A DNA stretch of 64,000 bases from the NCBI GenBank assembly GCA_043228905.1, contig JBHGNT010000004.1:12028001-12092000 (forward strand). Reading direction: 5' to 3'. The notes under the pieces were generated by a model. The model was not told where the DNA came from and ran no database searches. It was given only the letters and a program-made list of their open reading frames with translations. Each line of letters opens with the position of its first letter. Positions within the stretch are counted from its first letter, which is position 1. Source of the stretch: Azolla caroliniana. Taxonomy: Eukaryota > Plantae > Polypodiophyta. Of the stretch, positions 13,028 to 22,600 are shown piece after piece. A program made the position numbers and the translations under genes.

Positions 13028-14386
13028 TTAAAGACGACGAGTGGAACGAGTCGGTGCTAATTGCGGACCGGGTTTGTCCGGATATTTTGTGTGGAAATCA
13101 GCAAGAAGATCTTGTGCATTGGCAACATTCTCGACGGGTTCCCAAGTACGTTCGCTCGGACTATAACCGAGCCAATCGACCAAGTAATAAAGTTTGTTGC
13201 GAACAAGTTTGGAATCGAGGATGGCAGCAACTTCATACTCCGGGCCGGCGTCCAACTCCAGCGGGGGCGGCGGTGGTGTCACACGATCGGGAATGGTGTT
13301 TGCTTTATAAGGTTCAAGAAGAGAACAATGGAAAACCGGATGTATCTGAAGCTGCGGAGGGAGATCAAGGCGGAAGGTGACATCATTAATCTTCCCCGTA
13401 TGACGGAAAGGACCGAGTCGTCGATAATCCAACTTGTCGCACGGTCGAGTAGTCTTGATGTGACGACGTAAGAGCCATACTCGATCTCCGATGGCAAAAG
13501 AGGAGGGAATCCGATGACGATCCGCATAAGTCTTCTGTGTGTGTTGAGCATGACGAAGGTGAGTAGAGAGATCCATCTGGATCTTGCGTAGCCTCTCCAA
13601 ATGATCCTCAGCACGAGGGTTGGTAGGTAGCTCCGGAGTGTCGATCACCGACCAGCGAGGATGGAAACCGGTATAAGCGAAAAATGGGGAGACCCGAGTC
13701 GAGGAGTGAATAGCATTATTATACGCAAACTCCGCAAAGTGGAGAATCTCGGCCCAATCGTCCTGTTGATAACTCAGGAAACACCAGAGATATTGCTCCA
13801 GCATTTGGTTTGTTCGTTCCGCCTGTCCGTCGGTTTGAGGATGGTAGCCGGAGGAGAGGTTGCAGGAGACCTTGAGCATCTTGAAGAGATGCTGCCAAAA
13901 TTTGGAGACAAATTGCGGGCCTCGGTCACTGATAATACTGTCTGGGAGGCCATGATGCCGAAATACCTCACGTATAACAAGAGCGGCGGTTTCCTCGCTA
14001 GTGATGGCTTTAGTACATGGCACAAAATGTGCCATCTTCGTATATCGATCGACGACGGTTAGGATAGCATCGAACCCCTTCGAGACCGGCAGATCTGTGA
14101 TAAAATCAAGACAAATAGACAGCCATGGCTTACTTGGAATTGGTAAAGGTTCCAACAAGCCATATGGATGGTGTCGTGGCATCTTTGCTCGGCAACAAGC
14201 ATCACAGGTCCGAACGTAGTCGTCGACAAAACGGCGCATGTGGGGCCACCAAAAAGATCGCTGCACTAGTTCCAACGTCTTAGTACTACCGAAATGTCCC
14301 GCCGTATGGGTGTCGTGACAATGTTGGATGATTTGAAGGAGACAGGAGCAATCGGGGACATATACGCGCTTTTTAAAGAATAACAA
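13028..14386 (-). CDS. Integrase plus chromodomain of F (open portion of a disrupted pol)
   Basis: HD..GH..C..C zinc finger, LDF/SDRG/GQAER DDE triad, GPF motif, chromodomain EYEVAAILD..YYLVDWLGY..TWEP. Confidence 0.92.
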   Translation of the reverse strand: MLFFKKRVYVPDCSCLLQIIQHCHDTHTAGHFGSTKTLELVQRSFWWPHMRRFVDDYVRTCDACCRAKMPRHHPYGLLEPLPIPSKPWLSICLDFITDLPVSKGFDAILTVVDRYTKMAHFVPCTKAITSEETAALVIREVFRHHGLPDSIISDRGPQFVSKFWQHLFKMLKVSCNLSSGYHPQTDGQAERTNQMLEQYLWCFLSYQQDDWAEILHFAEFAYNNAIHSSTRVSPFFAYTGFHPRWSVIDTPELPTNPRAEDHLERLRKIQMDLSTHLRHAQHTQKTYADRHRIPSSFAIGDRVWLLRRHIKTTRPCDKLDYRRLGPFRHTGKINDVTFRLDLPPQLQIHPVFHCSLLEPYKANTIPDRVTPPPPPLELDAGPEYEVAAILDSKLVRNKLYYLVDWLGYSPSERTWEPVENVANAQDLLADFHTKYPDKPGPQLAPTRSTRRL

Positions 14387-14497
14387 ACCATCATGATATT
14401 CGAATTGCCGGTAGTCAATACCTGGTTGTTGAGACTGAGAACAGGATGCCCGAGAAGTATCAATGTGCGCTAGGATGTCTTGAGCAAAACTATCTGT

Positions 14498-16350
14498 CTA
14501 TAAGGTTGCACGTATGTCATCGGTAATTCGTGAATCCATCGGGGTGTGAAAAATCCGCGTCGTGTGCAATCGTGTTGGTCCCAAGATTACTTGCTTTTGA
14601 TTATCAAATGTTGCGTCACCAGGACAAGGTGCAAGATATGAACGTCGTGATAGTGCATCTGCTTTTCCTTGCTGCTTCCCCGGTCGATATGTGATTTTGA
14701 AGTCGAAACGCATGAGGAATTGCGCCCACCGAGCTTGCCGTCGATTTAGTATGCGAGCGTTCTGAAAATAAGCAAGATTTTTATGATCGCTAAAGAAAAT
14801 GACCTGATGTGGAGAGCCCTCTAAGAAATGCCGCCATTGTACAAATGAATCCACGATGGCTAATAACTCCTTGTCATGTATTTCGTAGTTGATTTCTGCG
14901 ACATCGAATTTGCGCGAATGGAAAGCCACCGGATGCAACTCTTCTTTATCGCCTTGTTGAGAAAGGATGCTACTGAGGGCGAAATCTGATGCGTCGGCCT
15001 CCATGATGAATGGTTTGCTTGTATCCACATGAGCTAGAATCGGTGCTGATGTAAAGGCTTTCTTAAGATGCCGAAAAGCCATATCTGCTTCGATGGACCA
15101 AAGAAATGCTTGGCCCTTCTTCGTAAGTTGTGTGAGAGGTAAAATAATCTTCGAGTAATCCTGTATAAACTTACGGCAGAAGTTAGCAAAACCTAGAAAA
15201 CATTGTACATCTTGTACCAACCGTGGAATTTGCCACTCTAGTACAGTTTGGATTTTAGCTGGATCCATGGCAATGCCCTTTGAGGAGATGACGTAGCCTA
15301 GAAATTCCACTTGCTTGCAGTCAAAGCTACATTTTTCTAGCTTGGCATAAAGACCATTCTCGCGGAGTCGCTTTAGTACTAATAGTACATGAGAATCGTG
15401 CTCTTCCTGGGTCTTTGAATAAATCAATAGATCATCCAGATAAATGATCAAACAGATATCCAAGAGGTCTCTGAATATATCATTTGCCATGTGTTAGAAG
15501 ACTGCGGGTGCATTGGTTAGGCCAAACGGCATAACAGTATACTCGAAATGCCCATACCGCGTGCGAAAAGCGGTCTTCCACTCATCTCCCAGTCGGATCC
15601 GCATGAGATTATACGCTCCTCGTAGGTCGATTTTAGTAAAAAACTTGGCACCATTAACTCGCTCTAAAAGACTTGATATAAGAGGAAGTGCATACCTATT
15701 CCGGATGGTGACTTTATTCAATCCGGGGTAATCAACGACAAGACGAAGTGAGCCATCTTTCTTCTTGACAAAGAAGATGGGTGCATCGGCCGGAGATTTC
15801 GAATGACGGATGAACCCGCTTGCCAAGTTCTCCTCTATGTAGGCTCGAAGGACTTCTAACTCGGTGGGTGACAAGTTGTAAATTGGTCCCCATGGTGGCT
15901 CGGTTCCTGGTTGTAAATCGATGGGACAGTCATAGGGACGGTGATGAGGAAGGGTACCGGCTTTTACCTTGTCAAATACATCGGCATACTAATTATATTA
16001 AATGATATTATACACACAAAACTACCTAGGACAACTTGAATGGGTTCTGATTCTTCTACAATATTCCCGGAAGCAATGGGACGACCATCAATGACCACTA
16101 CAGATACGGGACAAGGAAGTTTTCTTAAGGATATCTGAAAAGCTTGGGCAAAATTTCGATCCATGAAACAGGAATTAGCTCCTGAATCTAAAAGTGCTAG
16201 GACGGGTATTGGGGGAGTACTTTTAGTACTAACAATGACTTGGGCTAGGAACACATTGCTAACTTGCTTGGAAGGAATGGAACCACTAATGGGCTGTACA
16301 GATCTAGGGCTGCTGTCCAACCAAATGGCTCCTATTTTGGCTGGACTCAA
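14498..16350 (-). pseudogene. pol: F protease-RT-RNase H, with a stop and a ~250-bp deletion near 15988
   Basis: LLDSGA protease, [27 protein letters not shown]; deletion inferred by comparison with N (51068-51315). Confidence 0.92.
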
Positions 16351-17503
16351 TCGTTTAACTCTTCATCTAATTGACTAAGGATTTCAAATTTATTTGAGAT
16401 ACTTGGGCTATTAGTACTATAAATACTATCTGACACTCTATTAGTACTATTAATACTATCAGACACTCCGAAGGGAAGAATTGACTCGGGTTTAGTACAG
16501 GCGACGATTTGATTTACCTTTCTTCTTGGCCTATGGGGACAATTGATGGCGATATGTCCTGGTCCACCGCAATATAGACATAATCTATTGGCACGTTGTC
16601 GTTGCTTTTTTCTTCCGATAACGGGCCGCGTCGACGCATGGTATCGATCTCCATCGGTGTCGAAGTATTTGCTTGAGGTATGTCTCGTGCAAACGGTTTA
16701 GCCGCGACTGCAGCGTAAGTGGGTTCTGGCCTAGAGCGTGGTATCTGTAATTGACGTTCTGAACGCCGTTCGAAAAGGCGGTTGTCACATCGAACTGCTC
16801 GACTGATTGCCTCCGTAAGAGACTTTGGTTCTTCGGGGAAAGTTAGAAGTAGATCTTTGACATCGTTTCGCGAGCCATAGCGATACTGCTCCATTAGTGC
16901 TTGATCATCCCAGGGTATATCTGAAGTAAGTAGGCGGAAATCCGCCGCGTAGGCAGAGGCTGGACGATCGCCTTGACGCAATCGCCGGATCTTGTTGATC
17001 GCCGTCCTGATGCTATCGGTGTCTCCAAAGCAAGCTTTAAACTCACCAATAAAATCTTCAAGGTTATTAAGCAAGGGCGATTGTTTTTCTAGAAGCGGAG
17101 CGAACCATGCCAAGGCTGAGCCGCTAAGTAGCGTGCCTATTAGGCCGACTCGAGATGCATCAGTGGGATATCGGGAAGGATGCATTTGGATGACTAAGCG
17201 TACCTGATTAAGGAATCCCCGGAATTGCGAACGCGTTCCATCAAATTTCACAGGAAGTCCAATCTTGGGCTCTTTATGAAATCCTTGGGGACTTGATCCT
17301 TGTTGTTGCAACGCTGCTTCGAGTTGTTGTACCCGTAATGCTAACTCCCCATGTTGTTGTTGCGTTTGTTGTTTTTCTAGAGCGATTTGTTGCAGATCCC
17401 CTATCAGCTGTTGGTTTTCTTGTTCCAGGGCAACAAACTTTTCTTTTAGGCACTGTAGCTCGGAGAAAACGGATTGGTATTCTTGGGCGCTAATAGTAGC
17501 CAT
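16348..17503 (-). pseudogene. gag: F gag, with one frameshift before the CCHC knuckle
   Basis: PVKFDGTRSQFRGFL, LSGSALAW, LRQG..A..YAADF, PMEID; homologous to the open gag at 51549-52616. Confidence 0.88.
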
Positions 17504-18109
17504 AGTATAGGGAAAAGGGTAGGAGGATGAGGGAGAGTGACAAGTAGGCTAGAGGAAAAATTGGTTCAAACTGTCAGGAATAGTACTAAAGCAGAGATGG
17601 AATTAGTACTAAAGAACAACAGTACTATTAGTACTAAGAGGACGGGACTGCGTAAGATTCCCGAGAGAGGAAGTGAGAAGAGGAGAGAGAGAGATAGCGA
17701 GAATGAGAGAGAGAGAGAGATGATGACAACAACTAATATATTATGTGAAAAGATAAGTACAAGTGGCTAAGAGGCTTAAGACTGGCGTTGAACCAATTTG
17801 GTTCAAAACAATGCCTTGTGCCTCCTTTTATAGTGTTTTTAGGAATAATCCTGAAGCTTCTAGAATATTCCAGAGAGATCTGGAATATACATCAATTTTC
17901 TATGATAAAGCATAAATGAAAATAATATCCTAAAAAATACAATTCATAGTCTAATGGTAAGAGCTCGACCCATGTAGCATAAGGTCATGGGTTCGAGTCT
18001 TGCCATATCATGACAGCCAGTGCCTTCGCGCGCACTCATATACGGTCCACAGCGGAAGCCATGTCTTCCACGAGATCCGACCCCCTCATCTTCTACTCCT
18101 CTGCCACCG

Positions 18110-18127
18110 TTCACGTCGAGTTCACCA
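18110..18127 (-). other. PBS of gypsy D, complementary to the tRNA-Trp 3' end
   Basis: Plus strand TTCACGTCGAGTTCACCA matches the plant tRNA-Trp end TTCACGTCGGGTTCACCA (recalled from memory) at 17/18; 5 nt from the LTR. Confidence 0.75.
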
Positions 18128-19628
18128 AAAGATGTCGCGTTGTTACGCGCGTGCGTGGAGGACAAGGCGGGGCCACCGGGGTCTTGGATCGAGGAATAGG
18201 TGAGAAAAGGGAGAGAGAGAGACACGCTCACACACATATAGACAAAGAAGCGCACGGGAATGCGGCCCAACAACACAGGAGACATGAGTTGAGCCGAAGA
18301 TAGAGTATAAGAACACTAGTGTGTGTATATAAATATATGTATGTATTTGTATGTATGCAGAGGACTCGAACGGTTACAACCGATCAGGTCGGCGAGATGG
18401 ATGCCGACGCCTGATCACCCACGCACACACGGGAGCAAGATGGAGATTCCTCCGAAAGCAAATGAGAAAACGACTTTCGTCACCGAATGGGGGGTGTTTG
18501 TGGCCGTGGTGATGATGTTCGGACTCAAAACTGCACCGACAACATTTCAACGAATCATCATGGAAATCTTTGGTGAATATATTCTGGCTTTTATGCAGGT
18601 TTTCCTTGACGATTTCGCCATTTATAACCTGGAGGAGGACCATTTTCAGCACCTCCGTCTTTGTCTAGAAAAGTGTAGAGTGTACCAGCTAAGCTTGAAT
18701 CCGGCGAAGTGTGTATTTGGCGTGTCCAGTGGAACCTTACTAGGACATATTGTGAGCCAGGAAGGCATTGCAGTCGAACTAGACAAAGTGTAAGCCATAT
18801 TAGAAGCACCGGCGCCGGCAAAGACAAAGGCATTGAGCCGGTTCTTAGGCTAGATCCGGTGGCACACCCGGATGCTCTGATACTTGGCCGACCTGGCTAC
18901 ACCGTTGCATGCTGCCGTACATTGGACACCATTCCAGTGGACTAACACCGAGGATAGGGCGTATAGGGCCCTCAAGGTACTATTGTTGCAAGCACCGGTA
19001 GTGCAGCCTCCGGATTGGAGTAAAGAATTTCATGTGTTCGTGGATGCCTTCGACATCGCAATCAGAAGCGTATTGATGCAGCTTACGGAGCCAAAGTGGT
19101 ACCGGCCAGTGTATTATGCCAGCCGAAAGCTATCCCAAGCGGAACAAAACTACTCTACCACGGAACGGGAAGCTCTAGGGATGATCTACAGTGTGACAAA
19201 GTTTCGGCATTATTTATTGGGAAGGAAGTTTTCCTTCCATGTAGATCATTCGGCACTCCTCTACTTGGTGTCCAAGGCGTCACTCACCGGTAAATTGGCC
19301 CGGTGGACCTTACTGTTACAGGAATTTGAGTTCGAAATATTCCATCGACCTGGTATACAACATGCCATAGCGGATTATTTAAGCCGATTAGAGTTCGGAG
19401 AGACGGGCGACGGAGTAGCGGACGAGTTTCGGATGTGGAGCTGTTTCGAGTCACTACGGAAATGGCAGCAGATGAGACGGTGGCACAAGAAGACAAGTGG
19501 CTCACAAATATGCACCAGTTTCTGAGCACAGGACTGCCTCCGGAAGAGATGAACCGGGACGAAAGGAAACGCCTGGCGGTGCAAAGCCGACATTTATGCT
19601 TACTGCGAGACACACTTTACCACAAGGG

Positions 19629-22600
19629 TGTTGGGATTACGGTCCCTTCGGATGGGATGGTCGGATATCGGAGATGAATGCCGACAAGCCCGGTTTCGGT
19701 TTCGGATCCGGATGACGAAGACCCCGGTTTCGGTACCGGATGACGAATGTACCCGGAGAGCGATCCGGATGCAGGGACATATCCGTGAATATGTTCGCTA
19801 TGGGCCCCTGAGGCTATAGTTGTAAATAGCCCAAAGTCATATAAGTATAAATATGACTTAGGGCAAACAGTTTTACAGTTGCTTCTCATTTTTTTCTGTT
19901 TTTCCACTTTAGAGGAGTGAAGAGAGAGCAGCCGTGAGAGAGATAGAGCGCGAGAGAGGAAGAGGTAGACGCCTCTGTGTATTTCTGCCGCCTGTGGCGA
20001 GGACAGCGAGCTCAAGGTCGTCACCTTGCAGCTCGCCATTGTATACTTCTCTGTATAGTGTTGGTTTGGAGTCTTGTACTCCCGTGGTTTTTCCCGTCTA
20101 GGGTTTTCCACGTTAATCCCTGTGTACTCGCGTTTTTTGTTTCTCCGTGTGGTTCCTATTTTCTGCTCCATCGATTCGCGCTTACTCGGTTGTGGCAGAG
20201 TGAAGAAGGTGAATAGAGGGGTCTATTCCTAGCAAACTGGTATCAGAGCGAACTGCTGCAGAAAATGGAAGGCGGCGGCAGCGGGCAGCCGGGGATGATG
20301 GTGCTGAATGCACAGAATTACGCCGACTGGAAGATCAAGATGGAGGATCTTCTGATTGTTCGGGACCTGTACGAACCGATTGACAGGTCGGAAATACCGA
20401 AGGGGGTACTTGAGTCGGAATGGAGGCTTCTGAACCGGAAAGCCGTTGCAACCATTCGGCAATACGTCGATGTGAGCGTTCTACAACATGTGGCGAACGA
20501 CACCAACGCATATGAGATGTGGCGGAAGCTGTCGGGCCTCTATGAGAGGAAGAATGCGTTGAACCGAACCTCCCTGATGAGGAAGATAGTGAATCTCAAG
20601 TACCGGGATGGCGAGAGTATGGTGGAACACGTAAGCACGTTCATGGGATTCGTGAATCAGCTTGCGGCGATCAAGTTCCCGTTGGAGGATGCAATGCAAG
20701 CCATCATCCTGATGTGTACATTGCCGGAAAGCTGGGAGAACTTGGTGGTAACTCTCAGCACCTCCTGCGCCGAAGATAACTTGTCCTTACAAACGGTAAA
20801 GACAAGTATTTTGAATGAAGAAGCGCGTCGGAGAGATAAGGAACCGGCCTCCGACCCGAAGATGTTGTTTACCGAATCGGATCGGGGAAGACAATGGAAC
20901 CGGAGTCCGCAAAGACGGGAGAAGTCGGGGACCCGGTCGCAGTCAAGAGGAAGGCCCACATGCTTCCACTGTGGGAAGCCCGGGCACTTCCGAAAGAATT
21001 GTCGGCATTACCGAAAGGACAATGGAACCGACAACACCGATTCGAAGAAGTCACCGGAGAGAAACGGTGCATACCGGGGAGCCACGGACCGAAATGGTTC
21101 GGATCGGCGAGGACAGGACCGGAAAGGAACGACGGCACTCGCGGCAAGTGAAGAGGAGATCATGCTCATCACCGAAGAAGGTGAACTAAACATTGCCGGC
21201 GATGAGACGACCTGGGTGGTCGATTCCGGAGCATCGTTCCACCTGACCCCGGAGAGAAGATACTTCTCATCCTACACAGCCGGCGAGCATGGCTGTGTTC
21301 GGATGGGAAACGAAGGTACGTGCCGGATTGCCGGCATAGGAGACGTGTGGTTGACAACCCCGACCGGATGCAAAATGCTGCTGAAGAATGTCCGACACGT
21401 TCCGGAGGTCCGACTGAACCTGATTTCGGCCGGGAGGCTAGATGATGAAGGCTACACGGGTAGCATCCGGAACGGTGTCATGAAGTTCAGCAAGGGGAGC
21501 TTGATAGTGGCTCGGGCCCGGAAGGTCAACACACTGTACCTGATGAATGCCTGGTTATGTCCGGAAGAGCTGAATGTGGCAGCCGACACTGCCGGTGAGC
21601 TGTGGCACAAAAGACTGTGCCACATGAGTGAGAAGGGGATGAAGAGGCTTGCAGAAGACAACCTTATTCCAGTGAAGCACGTGCACCTGGAGAAGTGCAC
21701 CGATTGCCTGGCCGGTAAGCAGAACCGAGCCTCCTTCCACTCAAGGCCACCGAAGAGACGTAGTGTACCATTGGAGTTGGTACACACTGATGTGTGTCAA
21801 GTAGAAACGAAGTCACATGGCGGAGCCCAGTACTTCGTGACATTCATTGATGACCACAGCCGGAAGCTGTGGACGGCACCGATGAAGACAAAGGACCAAG
21901 TGTTGTGCGTCTTCAAAGAACTCCACGCGAGAGTGGAAAGGGAATCCGGCAAGAAGCTGAAAGCGATACGAGCGGATAACGGAGGGGAATACCGGGGGCA
22001 GTTCCAGGAGTACTGTCGCTCGAAGGGAATCCGACTCGAGTTTACTGTGCCGAAGACGCCGGAACTGAACGGGCTGGCCGAGAGGATGAACCGGACCATA
22101 ATGGAGAGGGTCCGGAGTATGCTGGCGCAGGCGGAATTACCCAAGGGTTTTTGGGCTGAGGCGATGTCGACGGCGACATACGTGATAAACAGATCACCCT
22201 CAGTACCTTTGGACGGAGACACGCCGCAGAGAGTGTGGACCGGTAGGGAAGTATCCTACCGGCATCTGAAGGTGTTCGGGTGTCTCGCATACGTGCATGT
22301 GGCAAAGGACCAGAGAGGAAAGCTAGATCCAAAGACCCGGCCATGCATATTCCTCGGATACGGCGACGACGAGTTCGGCTACCGAGTATGGGACCCGGTT
22401 GACAAGAAGATATTCAGGAGTCGAGACATCATCTTCATGGAGGACAAGACACTCGCCGACTGGGAGTCGGAGAAGAAGATGAAGAGCTCCAAGTCAACCG
22501 GTGAGGATAAACTCTACGAGGAGCAGTCCCGACCGGCAAGGGACCAGTTAGCACTCGAGGATCCGGCCGAAGACGGTGAAGAAACCGAACCGGCCGAAGA

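Larger units (their letters stand above)
12573..18015 (-). mobile_element. Ty3/gypsy chromovirus F (Tcn1-like), both LTRs present
   Basis: 444-bp LTRs 12573-13016 and 17572-18015, TSD GCCGG/GCCAG, PPT AAGGGGGAGATAG at 13017-13029 on minus, gag-PR-RT-RH-INT-chromodomain. Confidence 0.95.
7873..18462 (-). mobile_element. Ty3/gypsy non-chromovirus element D (possibly Phygy/Selgy-like), decayed; hosts F
   Basis: 3' LTR 7873-8573 (TGTCG..CGACA), PPT AGGTGGGGGCGGA at 8574-8586 on the minus strand, partial 5' LTR 18133-18462, PBS 18110-18127; domain order gag-PR-RT-RH-INT on minus; no chromodomain. Confidence 0.88.

Noticed and set aside
19617-20171. 184-206 aa antisense ORFs in the H LTRs
   Set aside because: They recur only because the LTRs are duplicated, and show no recognisable domain.
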